A stretch of 62,770 nucleotides of DNA from an uncultured Candidatus Saccharibacteria bacterium (GTDB lineage: Bacteria > Patescibacteriota > Minisyncoccia > Phycocordibacterales > UBA9973): positions 1-62,770 of the forward strand of contig CAYGDG010000005.1 of NCBI GenBank assembly GCA_964348725.1. The letters run 5' to 3'. The notes beneath the pieces are model-generated. The model saw only the letters and a program-made list of their open reading frames with translations. It was not told where the DNA came from and searched no databases. Shown in pieces: positions 47,341 to 57,485 of this stretch; positions within the stretch are counted from its first letter, which is position 1; every line of letters begins with the position of its first letter. A program made the position numbers and the translations under genes.

Positions 47341-48577
47341 ACTCTTCTGGTATCGGAAACTTCGCCGCGAGGGATTTTATTTTTTCTTTTATTTCGGCTT
47401 TCTTTGCGACATCGTCTTTATTCTTTAAAGTTTCCACCAGGAGCTCGGCGACGAGGGCGCAGTCGGCTTCTTTGAATCCGCGCGTGGTGATGGCCGGCGT
47501 GCCGAAGCGGATGCCGGAGGGATCTAATGGTTTGCGAGTGTCATTTGCGATGGAATTCATATTAAGGGTGATGCCCACTTCGTCCAGCACCGTCTGCGCT
47601 TCTTTGCCAGGAACTCCCAGAGAGCCGAAGACATCGGCAAGTATCAAGTGATTATCCGTACCGCCGCCGATCATGCGGATATTGTGCTTGTGCATCACTT
47701 CTTCCATCGCTTTGGCATTTTTCAAAATCTGCGTGGCGTACTCTTTATATTGCGGTGTCATCGCTTCGCCGAAAGCGACTGCTTTCGCCGCGATAGTGTG
47801 CATGTGCGGGCCGCCTTGAATGCCGGGGAAAATCGCTTTGTCTATTTTCTTCGCAATTTCTTCGCTTTCGCGAGTCAAAATCATTCCACCGCGCGGACCG
47901 CGTAAGGTCTTGTGTGTCGTCGTTGTAATAATATCAAAGCCGTCATCAAACGGATTGCGCGCTACTCCGGCCGCAATGAGCCCGGCGATGTGCGCCATGT
48001 CCGCCATCGTAATGGCGCCCACTTCTTTGGCGATGTCTACGAATTTTTTGTAATCAAGTGTACGCGAATATGCAGAAAATCCTGCCAAAATTATTTTCGG
48101 TTTGTGTTCGAGGGCCATCGCGCGCAAATTTTCATAATCTATCTCCCCCGTCTCTGGGTCTTTCATCTTATAGGTGACGAATTTGTAAATTTTCGCCGGC
48201 AAGGTCATCGGGTGGCCATGCGTGAGGTGCCCGCCGTGAGAGAGGTCCATGCCGAGCACGGTTTCGCCGGGCTGGAGCAGTGCGGCATACACGGCGAGGT
48301 TTGCCGGCGCACCGGAGTGCGGCTGGACATTGGCAAATTTTGCTTTGAAAAGTTCACAAGCGCGAGATATTGCGAGGCGTTCTACTTCATCCGTAAATTC
48401 CTGCCCGCCATAATAGCGGCGACCGGGATAGCCCTCGGAGTATTTGTTCGTAAATATAGAGCCGTTCGCTTCCAGCACGCTGGCCGAGACATAGTTTTCT
48501 GAAGGAATGAGTTCCAATCCTTCTGCTTGGCGCTTTGCTTCCGCTCTGATAAGTTCAGCTATTTTTTGGTCTTGCAT
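47333..48577 (-). CDS. glyA: Serine hydroxymethyltransferase
   Basis: LIPSENY, NKYSEGYPG.RYYGG, TTTHKTLRGPRGG. Confidence 0.98.
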   Translation of the reverse strand: MQDQKIAELIRAEAKRQAEGLELIPSENYVSASVLEANGSIFTNKYSEGYPGRRYYGGQEFTDEVERLAISRACELFKAKFANVQPHSGAPANLAVYAALLQPGETVLGMDLSHGGHLTHGHPMTLPAKIYKFVTYKMKDPETGEIDYENLRAMALEHKPKIILAGFSAYSRTLDYKKFVDIAKEVGAITMADMAHIAGLIAAGVARNPFDDGFDIITTTTHKTLRGPRGGMILTRESEEIAKKIDKAIFPGIQGGPHMHTIAAKAVAFGEAMTPQYKEYATQILKNAKAMEEVMHKHNIRMIGGGTDNHLILADVFGSLGVPGKEAQTVLDEVGITLNMNSIANDTRKPLDPSGIRFGTPAITTRGFKEADCALVAELLVETLKNKDDVAKKAEIKEKIKSLAAKFPIPEEFV

Positions 48578-48602
48578 TCGCCTATTTTAACACATACAGT
48601 AT

Positions 48603-49472
48603 TTAGCGCAAAAAGCGGAATGTCTCGGCCCGCCCGTCAGATTTCATAATGATCGTGCCAAGCAGATCCGTCCGAAACATCTGCGCACCGGCAGTTTTTA
48701 AAGTATCTAAAGTTTCTTTGTGCGGATGCCCGTATGAATTGTCTTTGCCAAGGGAGATAGCGGCAAATTCCGGCGCCACGGCTTTCACAAATTCCGGCGA
48801 GGACGATGTGCGCGAGCCGTGATGCCCGACTTTCAAAATATCACTCCGCAATTTTTCCGGCGCATTCTCCGCGAGCACGATTTTTTCTGTAATGCTGGTC
48901 GTATCGCCGGCGAGCATCACGCTTGTCTCCCCGTACACCAGGCGCATCATCACCGAGCCGTCATTTGTACTCCAGTCGCCGACATTCCTATCTGGAAATA
49001 ATATTTCAATATATGCGCCGCCGCCGAGGTCAATCTTCATTCCCCTTCTTGCCAGCAAGTTCGGAATATTTTTGCGCGTGATTTCTTTTTTCAGATCCGT
49101 AAATACAGACGAATCATTCCATGTGCCCGGCTCAATAACTGCGCCGACTTTGTAATTTTTAAAGACATCCAAAAATCCCGCCATATGGTCGGCATCGGGA
49201 TTCGTAATGATTACCATATCAATCTTCCGGTCATAAAAAGGCATCAGGCGTGGCAGTTGGCTTAAAACTTTTTTCGCCGGGCCGCCATCCACCAATATTT
49301 GCGTGCCCGTGGGCGACTCTATGAAAAGCGCATCCCCTTGCCCCACATCCAGCACGGCGAATGTCAGCCGGCGATGGGAATTTTGCCAGTCCTGCCGGAT
49401 AATAAAAACAGTGCAGATAAGCAACACGAGCGAGAGAATGAGTAGATAATTTTTCCGCCACCTGTTCGGCAT
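48603..49472 (-). CDS. ComEC/Rec2 metallo-beta-lactamase domain protein
   Basis: LDVGQGDA, TNPDADH, KVGHHGS, NSYGHPH. Confidence 0.92.
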   Translation of the reverse strand: MPNRWRKNYLLILSLVLLICTVFIIRQDWQNSHRRLTFAVLDVGQGDALFIESPTGTQILVDGGPAKKVLSQLPRLMPFYDRKIDMVIITNPDADHMAGFLDVFKNYKVGAVIEPGTWNDSSVFTDLKKEITRKNIPNLLARRGMKIDLGGGAYIEILFPDRNVGDWSTNDGSVMMRLVYGETSVMLAGDTTSITEKIVLAENAPEKLRSDILKVGHHGSRTSSSPEFVKAVAPEFAAISLGKDNSYGHPHKETLDTLKTAGAQMFRTDLLGTIIMKSDGRAETFRFLR

Positions 49473-49486
49473 GCTATAATAGTAGC

Positions 49487-50077
49487 ATGAACAAGTTTGA
49501 AGAAAAGAAATTCAATATCCCTGAATTACAGGGTATTTCAAAGAAAAATATAGAAGAACACCTAAAGCTCTATGCGGGCTATGTAAAAAATGTAAATCTT
49601 ATCATAGAAAAAATGGCTGTTTTAGATAGTGAAAAAGACGCATATATCGTGGGTGAGCTTTTCCGCCGTTTTTCTTTTGAATACAACGGCATGCGAAATC
49701 ATGAAATTTATTTTTCTAGTTTAGAAAATGGAGCAAAAGCATTTAATGGAGAAAGTGAGCTCGGTAAAAGACTTTTGGAATTGTTTGGAACTTTTGAAAA
49801 ATTTATTTCGGAATTTACAAATCTCGCACTCACTCGCGGCGTCGGCTGGGCAGTATTGTGGTATGACAAAAAAGAAAAAAGATTTTTGGCATCGTGGGTG
49901 GACGAACAGCACCTCGGCCAATTAAACGGTTGCGAAATGATCCTCGCTCTTGATATGTGGGAGCATGCTTTCGTCTATGACTATCCTACTTCTGAAAAGA
50001 AAAAATACGTAAAAAGTTTTTTTGAAAATCTAAACTGGGAGAAAATAGAAGAAAATTTTATTGAAACTATAAAGTAA
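49487..50077 (+). CDS. Fe/Mn superoxide dismutase family protein
   Basis: EEH..LY.GYV, NHEIYF, GWAVL, DMWEHA. Confidence 0.88.
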   Translation: MNKFEEKKFNIPELQGISKKNIEEHLKLYAGYVKNVNLIIEKMAVLDSEKDAYIVGELFRRFSFEYNGMRNHEIYFSSLENGAKAFNGESELGKRLLELFGTFEKFISEFTNLALTRGVGWAVLWYDKKEKRFLASWVDEQHLGQLNGCEMILALDMWEHAFVYDYPTSEKKKYVKSFFENLNWEKIEENFIETIK

Positions 50078-50120
50078 AAAACGGAGTGATCAACTCCGTT
50101 TTCTTTAAATAAGCAATTCT

Positions 50121-50342
50121 TCAATCCAATAGCAAGGGTCGTGTATAGAGTAATTGCTGAGACCTTCTCAGCTTTATTTTTGCTGCAATATCCAAAGGTT
50201 TTAATTCCTTATAAATTTGCGCAAAGGTTTTCCTTGTTTCTTCTTTTGAGAAACATTGCATCTTCCCTTGTTTATTCAATTCGTTAAGTTGATCTTTGTA
50301 TTCTTGTTCGGATCTTTGAAGATTCTTTAGATTTGAAGCCAT
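50121..50342 (-). CDS. Hypothetical protein
   Basis: 73 aa with strong AGGAGG ribosome-binding site. Confidence 0.55.
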   Translation of the reverse strand: MASNLKNLQRSEQEYKDQLNELNKQGKMQCFSKEETRKTFAQIYKELKPLDIAAKIKLRRSQQLLYTRPLLLD

Positions 50343-50556
50343 GTTTTTTCCTCCTATTATTTATGAAATTTAAAAAACAAAATTTAACTAATCAAATAAT
50401 ATCATTATTTGATTCCAAAATCAATTTGGAAAAACTTCGGACTAGCTAGCCATAGACGCTTTTTTGAGAATGTGAACTGGGGTGTTGCTGAAGAGAATTT
50501 TCTACAAGCAAAAAAATAAAAAACCCACATCGGGGTTTTTTATTTTTTTGCTTCTT

Positions 50557-50871
50557 TTAGAAAGCTCCAATATTCTTCAACAGAAGAATGAAGAACTCAG
50601 AAATGTCCGCCTTTGGATCATTGATAGTGGAATTATTCTTTGGAACAATATCTTTATCAAGAGTTGCTGCCGCAACATCGCAAGTCTTATCTATATACCA
50701 GCCGTTATTTCCGCAGCGTAGACCCTGCAGGCAAGATCCCGAAGCATACCATGTTTCATTTGGAGTACCGGCATATGCTACACAGTATTGCATCGCTTTT
50801 GCTTCACTAAAGAAACCACAGAAAGCGACAAAGACAAATAAGGTAGCAAACACATAAGATATTTTTTTCAT
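50557..50871 (-). CDS. Small secreted Cys-containing hypothetical protein
   Basis: Signal peptide from MKKISY; 4 Cys in the mature region. Confidence 0.6.
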   Translation of the reverse strand: MKKISYVFATLFVFVAFCGFFSEAKAMQYCVAYAGTPNETWYASGSCLQGLRCGNNGWYIDKTCDVAAATLDKDIVPKNNSTINDPKADISEFFILLLKNIGAF

Positions 50872-50993
50872 AAATTTAGTCCTCTTATAATAATTGATAA
50901 TTGGAACTCTTACTAGAAACCATATCATGTGGCGGAGAAATGGCAAGTTGACTTTTACGACAAAAGTGATAATATAAAAATAAAAAATAGCAA

Positions 50994-51470
50994 ATGAAAA
51001 CTTTGAAAACCTTATTGTTCGCTTTCCTTGCTGTATGCGGGATGGCGAGCGCCCAGACCTCTGGGTACGACATTAAAGACCTGAGCGATGAAATAGAGAT
51101 CTTCATCCCTCAAGGAACTTCAATCCAGAGCGTACTGGCTCTGGATGAAAATGAGAAAATTCTCATAGACACAGTCTATGTGGATGGTGAATTTTTTGGA
51201 GTGCTTTGGCCGTTCGGGGCAGAAATATTTTCTGAAAAAACAACAGAGGATAGATGGATGCGTTTACCAGCATCCCTGACCGAGGAGACCAAGTTTGAAT
51301 TCATAAATATATTCTATGCTTTGGTGTTTTATTATAAGACCACCGGCATAAAGCTTTATGAATCTCAGAAGATTAACACGATCTTCTGGACAAACAAAGG
51401 TGAGCAACATGCAAAGCTCTATTTTCCCCCAGATAACGAAAGCTTGCTGTGCATCGGAAAACTGGATTAA
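50994..51470 (+). CDS. Secreted hypothetical protein
   Basis: Signal peptide MKTLKTLLFAFLAVCGMASA|Q. Confidence 0.65.
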   Translation: MKTLKTLLFAFLAVCGMASAQTSGYDIKDLSDEIEIFIPQGTSIQSVLALDENEKILIDTVYVDGEFFGVLWPFGAEIFSEKTTEDRWMRLPASLTEETKFEFINIFYALVFYYKTTGIKLYESQKINTIFWTNKGEQHAKLYFPPDNESLLCIGKLD

Positions 51471-51631
51471 AAATCCAGTGATTAGAAATAAAACGGAACA
51501 CCGAGTTCCGTTTTTTTATTTTCCTAAAATCAACTTACTTCTGAAAAGAAAAAATATATAGGAGCATTTTTTGAAAAATAAAAATCCCTCATATCTCAGA
51601 GGGATTTTTTTGATTGCACAATAGTTACTTA

Positions 51632-52129
51632 TTACTTCTGCAAACGCAATACGGTACGAGGACCTTTACGTTTACCTGGATCGCTGCAAATATAATGCCA
51701 TTCTTCAGTAATAAAATGATAGTGGACACTTACTGAACGCACAATACCATCATAACATCTAAGGTAGCCAATAGTGGTATTGTTGCCATCCCTTCTTGCT
51801 GTTTTGTTGGGAATTGGAGGGTCAGTAAGATTGATAGCTACCCAGAGAATTTCCTCTTTCGTCATGTTGCCACGCAAAGGATCAATGCTGAGTTTCAACA
51901 TTATATCTTTATCTTCAGTATCATCGGAATACAAATGCTGTTCAAAAGACATCTTGGGCACTCCAGCAAAAGGTTCAGTGATATCCAGTAAATACTTCTT
52001 GAAATTCAGACGAGTTGGAACCTTTTCCAAAAACCTTAGTTCTTCGTTTGAAAAATTCTTCAAGGGGTAGAAACTTTCTGTTAGCTCTTTTACGACAACT
52101 AACGAACTTGAAATCTGTTTAGTGGGCAT
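51632..52129 (-). CDS. Hypothetical protein
   Basis: 165 aa with AGGAGG ribosome-binding site and a downstream terminator. Confidence 0.6.
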   Translation of the reverse strand: MPTKQISSSLVVVKELTESFYPLKNFSNEELRFLEKVPTRLNFKKYLLDITEPFAGVPKMSFEQHLYSDDTEDKDIMLKLSIDPLRGNMTKEEILWVAINLTDPPIPNKTARRDGNNTTIGYLRCYDGIVRSVSVHYHFITEEWHYICSDPGKRKGPRTVLRLQK

Positions 52130-52186
52130 ATTATCCTCCTTTTTTTATGAAGTTTACAAAAATTTGATTACTTAATTTATACTATA

Positions 52187-53656
52187 TCATTCCGGAAAAA
52201 TCAACTTTTTAATACTGTCTCCGAACAGCTTATACACAAACCACACATAGATACCGAGCGTCAGCATCAGCGGGAAATTTGGTATGGCGAATGCCGCAAA
52301 GGGTAGGCCGGAGAAGAAATCAATGGCGAATAATTCGTAATGGAGCAGGAGGAACGAAATCTTGCCGAGGAGGAGGGAAAGGAAAGAAGAAACGAAGCCA
52401 GCGAAGCCTGAAAGAAAGCCGAATATCATCGTGAGTGGGATAAATGGCAGGACGGCGATGTTTGCGGGCAAGGCGACGAGCGAGAGATTCCCCATTTTGT
52501 ACAAAATAAATGGCAGGACAAAAATGTATGCGGCGAAAGTGACAGAAATAATGTCCCGCAGGAAATGCCATTTGATAAATTGAAAATATTTTTCCGTGCG
52601 CGGCGCGAGGTATATGACGGCGACAGTAGCGATGAATGACAACTGGAAAGACACATCAAATGCCAACACAAACGGATTGAAAATAATCATCACGATACCC
52701 GCGAGGAGTAATGCCCTGCCCACATCATAATTCCTGCCCGTTTGCCGAGCTATTAAGGCGAGTGTCGCCATTATCCCTGCCCGGACTGCGGTAGATTGCC
52801 CACCAGCCATAATCACAAAAAGAAAAATTCCCACAATTCCCGCCCAAATTCCCATATTGCGAGGAAGCCAAGAAAATAATTTCATTATCCACTCGGCGAT
52901 GATGGTGACATTGTAGCCAGAGAGCGCCACGATGTGTATCGTACCCGTGTCTATGAATTTCTGCCGCATCTCCTGACTGAATGATGCCCGCTCGCCGAGG
53001 ATCAGCCCACCCATGAGCAAGCTCTCCGGCTCGGGAATGGCGAAGTTTACCTTGTCCATAAATTTGTTTTTGGCAAAAAAGAGGGCGCGCTTTATGGGAT
53101 TGCCATTGCCGCGCGAAATGATTTCAATATCCGGATAGCTCGCGATATATCTAATACCGTCCTTCCGCAGATAGTTCACATAATCAAATTCCTTACCGGT
53201 ATCGGTCAAAAAGTTCTCCGGCTTTTCAAGTTTTCCGGAAAATTTTATTTCATCGCCATATTTATATTCCCTGCCGAGGGCTACCGTCGCCAACACTTCT
53301 GTTTTTTCTTTACCCGCACGGATTTCAATATTTAATTTCTGATTATTTTCTCTCCTGTCCGGTTCATCCACCAACATGCCAGTAAATTCTGTTTTCTGCC
53401 CGACTTTTGATTCAAAAACTTGTGGCGCCGGTTTGTCCGCAAGATGAAATCGGAAAATTCCGAGTGATAATGCCAGCACCGCGCAGGAAAGAATGATACC
53501 CCATTTGTTTTTTGAAATCAGTGCAAAGAAAAATAATAAGAAAAAAGAAATAGCGCCCAGAGCAAGCGCCGTGAAGATATCTATGGAGAAAAATGAGCGC
53601 AACAATACGCCGAGCGCGAAACCAAAGCAAGAAAAATAAAAAATCCTATCCCGCAT
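52187..53656 (-). CDS. comEC: ComEC competence channel (DUF4131/OB plus Competence domain)
   Basis: GTIHIVALSGYNV, SAVRAGIM, SFQLSF.AT, ANI.VLP. Confidence 0.93.
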   Translation of the reverse strand: MRDRIFYFSCFGFALGVLLRSFFSIDIFTALALGAISFFLLFFFALISKNKWGIILSCAVLALSLGIFRFHLADKPAPQVFESKVGQKTEFTGMLVDEPDRRENNQKLNIEIRAGKEKTEVLATVALGREYKYGDEIKFSGKLEKPENFLTDTGKEFDYVNYLRKDGIRYIASYPDIEIISRGNGNPIKRALFFAKNKFMDKVNFAIPEPESLLMGGLILGERASFSQEMRQKFIDTGTIHIVALSGYNVTIIAEWIMKLFSWLPRNMGIWAGIVGIFLFVIMAGGQSTAVRAGIMATLALIARQTGRNYDVGRALLLAGIVMIIFNPFVLAFDVSFQLSFIATVAVIYLAPRTEKYFQFIKWHFLRDIISVTFAAYIFVLPFILYKMGNLSLVALPANIAVLPFIPLTMIFGFLSGFAGFVSSFLSLLLGKISFLLLHYELFAIDFFSGLPFAAFAIPNFPLMLTLGIYVWFVYKLFGDSIKKLIFPE

Positions 53657-54128
53657 AGCTCGCGAGCTCTGCCGGCATATTGTCGGCGAAGCTCGTGGCT
53701 ATCTGGTCTGCTCGTTCATTATGAATAATTCCTGAATGCCCTGCTACATAAGTCCACTTCGGCTTCAATTCTTGAGTTAAGGCGTGCAGTTCTTCCCATA
53801 GTTCCTTATTCACCACCGGCTTCTTCGCCGCATTCCGCCAGCCATTTTTCATCCAGCCGTGGATCCATTCCGTAATTCCAATAATCACATATTTTGAATC
53901 GCTGAAAATCTCCACCTGCGTTAGGTCTTGCCTAACGCACTTCTGCTGAAGGTATTTCAAAGCACCGATAGGCGCAGAAAGCTCCATCTGATTATTCGTC
54001 GCCTTTTCCGCCCCGCCGCCTATCTCCTGCACCTTCCCCTCGCCGAAAATAATGACCGCGCCCCATCCCGCCGGACCCGGATTCCCCCTCGCCGCCCCGT
54101 CGGTATAAATGATTATCTTTTCTGACAT
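53646..54128 (-). CDS. rnhA: Ribonuclease HI
   Basis: YTDGAARGNPGPAGWG, TNNQMEL, SDSKYV, AGHSG...NERAD. Confidence 0.96.
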   Translation of the reverse strand: MSEKIIIYTDGAARGNPGPAGWGAVIIFGEGKVQEIGGGAEKATNNQMELSAPIGALKYLQQKCVRQDLTQVEIFSDSKYVIIGITEWIHGWMKNGWRNAAKKPVVNKELWEELHALTQELKPKWTYVAGHSGIIHNERADQIATSFADNMPAELASYAG

Positions 54129-54174
54129 CCGAGCATTATATCAGAAAAGCCAGCCATATAAAAAAGCAGCCTCG

Positions 54175-54777
54175 TTATTCACGAGGCTGTAATGTTTTAC
54201 GAAAGAAAAATATAATTCCCCCGTCCAGAACTATTGCTCCAAAAATATCCAGCAAATAATGCTGCTTTGTGGTCAGTGTGGAAATAATTATCGCCAACGA
54301 CCAGAGCCAGACCAGAATGACAGATGCTCTACTTGCACCTTTGACACCAAGTTGATAGCAGGTGCCGAAGAGCAGCGCTACCGCCACATGAAGCGAAGGC
54401 AGGCAATTCGCAGGCGTATCCAGCGTCCGGAACATATCCATCAATATATTTTGTTCTGAATAACATTCCCTCGGATATGCCGTCGGGAACGAAATAAAAA
54501 ACATAATATGCAACGACACGATGATTCCTAGTATTGAAAAGATACTCGGAAAAATAGAGCGGTGCACTTTAGAAAAAAGGAACGTCCCTTGCATGAATAC
54601 AGACAGATAAATTAAAATCGTCCATGGTAGGAAAGGAATGTTCTCTTCTCCAAAAATAAATGGGAGAGTGGTATGCATTGCGGAAATATGATTTACCGCC
54701 AAGTACGGCAGGTAGAAAATTACGAGGATGCTTATCATTAGCACCCATCTTTCGGATTGAGTGATAATTTTTCGCAT
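54175..54777 (-). CDS. PAP2/AUR1-like membrane phosphoesterase or lipid phosphotransferase
   Basis: PTAYPR, CLPSLHV, TKQHYLLD. Confidence 0.8.
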   Translation of the reverse strand: MRKIITQSERWVLMISILVIFYLPYLAVNHISAMHTTLPFIFGEENIPFLPWTILIYLSVFMQGTFLFSKVHRSIFPSIFSILGIIVSLHIMFFISFPTAYPRECYSEQNILMDMFRTLDTPANCLPSLHVAVALLFGTCYQLGVKGASRASVILVWLWSLAIIISTLTTKQHYLLDIFGAIVLDGGIIFFFRKTLQPRE

Positions 54778-54851
54778 GTTGTATATTTTAGAAGTAGTTT
54801 TTAAATGAAAGGATTTCTAAAAGAATAGCACTTTTATAAGTAAAAGTCAAG

Positions 54852-56519
54852 TTAGACTACATCCGTTATTCGCAATCGCAATTCCACCCTGCCGGCAAAA
54901 CGGGAAAGGTCAAAGGTGGCAAGGAGATTTATAGGAAGACCTTCGGCAATCGGAGCGGAAAAGGATTCCGGACCGGCGAAGAATGAAACGGCCTTGCCTT
55001 TACCGGTGGCATCCGAAAGCAGGAGTTCAATGTGCTCAGTGGCTTTGCCGAATTTTTTTATTTTTTCTACCTTTACGCCTTCAAAGAGGAAGACGGGCTT
55101 CGGGTTGCCTTCGCCGAAGGGGGCGAGCTTTTCCAGCTCGCTGTAATTCCGCAAGTTCACATCCGCCAGATTTATTTTCGCATCATAGGCGGCATTTTTT
55201 TCTTTCACTTTCTTCTCGGCTTTCATAAATGAGGCGGACAAGGCATCTTCAAGGAAATGTATCTTGTCATTATGCACAGAAAATCCGCCCGCGCCTTCGT
55301 GCCCGCCGAATGCGGAAAAGTGCTCACTGCTCGCGGTCATGAGTTCCACTACGGACACTGTGCCATCCGAGCGACACGAGCCTTTGATGATGTCATTCTC
55401 ATCCCTGCCCCACACGAAAGCGGGCTTTTTGTATGTGTCGGTGATTTTGCCGGCGACCAATCCCAAGACGCCGATGCGCCACGCGGGATTGCCAATGACG
55501 ATAACTTCGCGCATTTCCTCCACCGGACTACTGCTAAATTTTTTATTCACTTCGCGCATAATACCTGCCACCATCAGCTTGCGCTCGTCATTGATGTCTG
55601 ACAGATGCTCCGCCAATGCTCCCGCTTCACTATCTTCTTTTGCAGACAAGAGCTCAAATGCGCGGCGCGGATCGCTCATCCGTGAAGCGGCATTGAGCCG
55701 CGGGGTGAGCATATAGCCGATATCATCCTCGGAAAGGAATTTCTGGTCTATCTTTGCTTTGGCGAGAAGTTTCTGAAGGCCGGGACGCGGTGATTTGCGG
55801 AGTACCTTCATTCCAAAGTGCGCGATGGCACGATTCTCGCCAAGGAGCGGCACCATATCCGAAAGTGTAGCAAGCCCTGCCATATCCAAGAGCCACTTTT
55901 CCGCGCCTTCTTTTATCTTGAAATATTCTCCGTATTTTTTGATAAAGCCCTGCGCTAATTTAAATGCCACGCCCGCACCACAGAGCATCTTCTCCACATA
56001 TTCATCGCACTTGGGATTCAAAATAGCATACGCGCGCGGCAATATTGCCGGCGGGAGGTGATGGTCTGTAATGATGACATCCATCCCGAGCACTTCCGCC
56101 TGCGCCACTTCGGCAACAGCGGTAATTCCCAAATCAATAGTGATGATGAGTTTCACATCATTTTTCGCAAATTCTTGTATGGCCGCGAGGTTCAAGCCGT
56201 ACCCTTCGGAATTCCTTTGCGGAATGTATACTTCAACTTGCCCGCCGTGGAGGGAATTTTCATAGCCGCAGAGCTTGAATAAGTCCGACAGAATGACCGC
56301 GCCCGGAATACCATCACAGTCATAGTCAGCAAAAATCAGTATTTTTTCTTTGGCTTCCATCGCCTCAAAAATCCGTACGCAGGATTTTTCCATATCGCGC
56401 ATGAGGAATGGGTCATGAAAATCGCGCTCATAGCTCGGCACGAGGAATGCTTCACGCATATCGGCGGAAATTCCCCTCTTTTCCAGCAAATTATTCAATA
56501 AATCCGAGCTATTTCCCAT
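54852..56519 (-). CDS. recJ: Single-stranded DNA exonuclease RecJ
   Basis: DYDCDG, ITDHH, DMVPL, PRLNAASR, GGHEGAGG, PFGEGNP. Confidence 0.95.
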   Translation of the reverse strand: MGNSSDLLNNLLEKRGISADMREAFLVPSYERDFHDPFLMRDMEKSCVRIFEAMEAKEKILIFADYDCDGIPGAVILSDLFKLCGYENSLHGGQVEVYIPQRNSEGYGLNLAAIQEFAKNDVKLIITIDLGITAVAEVAQAEVLGMDVIITDHHLPPAILPRAYAILNPKCDEYVEKMLCGAGVAFKLAQGFIKKYGEYFKIKEGAEKWLLDMAGLATLSDMVPLLGENRAIAHFGMKVLRKSPRPGLQKLLAKAKIDQKFLSEDDIGYMLTPRLNAASRMSDPRRAFELLSAKEDSEAGALAEHLSDINDERKLMVAGIMREVNKKFSSSPVEEMREVIVIGNPAWRIGVLGLVAGKITDTYKKPAFVWGRDENDIIKGSCRSDGTVSVVELMTASSEHFSAFGGHEGAGGFSVHNDKIHFLEDALSASFMKAEKKVKEKNAAYDAKINLADVNLRNYSELEKLAPFGEGNPKPVFLFEGVKVEKIKKFGKATEHIELLLSDATGKGKAVSFFAGPESFSAPIAEGLPINLLATFDLSRFAGRVELRLRITDVV

Positions 56520-56554
56520 AAAGCAGATTCTAACATATATGCTAGAATATAAAT

Positions 56555-56986
56555 ATGAATGAAAGCACCCAGCCAGGCGATTGTATTTTCTGTAAGATTA
56601 TAAAAGGCGAACTGCCCTCTTCAAAAATCTACGAGGACGAAAAAACCCTCGCATTCCTGGACATCGCTCCGGTAAATCAAGGACACGCATTGATAATACC
56701 CAAAGAGCATTTCCCAAATATCTATGAAACGCCGGACGAAGTCATCGCCGAGATGATGAAAGTAGCCAAAAAAGTTTCCCACGCAGTAAAAGACGCCGTA
56801 CGCGCCGATGGCGTGAATGTGACGATGAATAACAACCACGCCGCCGGACAAATCGTCTTCCACGCGCACATCCATGTCATCCCCCGCTTCACAAATGACG
56901 GCTTTGAACTCTGGTATGGTAAGCATCCTTATAAGGATGGAGAAAAAGATACTATGGCGGAGAAAATAAAAACTGAGATTAAATAG
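56555..56986 (+). CDS. HIT family nucleotide hydrolase
   Basis: CIFCKII, HAHIHVIPR. Confidence 0.95.
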   Translation: MNESTQPGDCIFCKIIKGELPSSKIYEDEKTLAFLDIAPVNQGHALIIPKEHFPNIYETPDEVIAEMMKVAKKVSHAVKDAVRADGVNVTMNNNHAAGQIVFHAHIHVIPRFTNDGFELWYGKHPYKDGEKDTMAEKIKTEIK

Positions 56987-57051
56987 ACATATTTAAAAAA
57001 ATGAACCTTTGACTTAAAAAATCAAAGGTTCTAAATTACAGTCCAAACCAC

Positions 57052-57408
57052 TTAGGATGCATGCCCGAAGAATCTATCGTATGCATTTAAATCAGGACGG
57101 TAGGTGGGCCTGCCATACACTCCGCCGCTGTTAATGGATAAGTCTGCTGCAGAAGTTGAATAATCAATAATTAAGAAAGAAAGGTGCGCATTTGATGCAG
57201 GCATCTTATTTTCCTGTAAATCATTCTTCAATTCCTCAAGGTTTATTCTCAAAAAGTTTTTTGCTTCTACTTCAGGAATCGGGTCTTTGATTCTTTGTAA
57301 ATAGTGTTCAATTTTTCTCATCCATCTTGTCTTTAAAAGACTTTCAGGGGTTTTTGGGGTTTTTGCTTCAAAATCGGGGTTCTGATTTTTGTTTTTTGAT
57401 GAGCTCAT
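57052..57408 (-). CDS. Hypothetical protein
   Basis: 118-aa ORF converging on HIT with a shared terminator at ~57003-57031. Confidence 0.5.
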   Translation of the reverse strand: MSSSKNKNQNPDFEAKTPKTPESLLKTRWMRKIEHYLQRIKDPIPEVEAKNFLRINLEELKNDLQENKMPASNAHLSFLIIDYSTSAADLSINSGGVYGRPTYRPDLNAYDRFFGHAS

Positions 57409-57485
57409 AATTGCAGGTTTTAATTTTATTGTATTTTAACACAAAAAAAACAATAAAGCAACATATCATGTACTGAGGCTAATAT

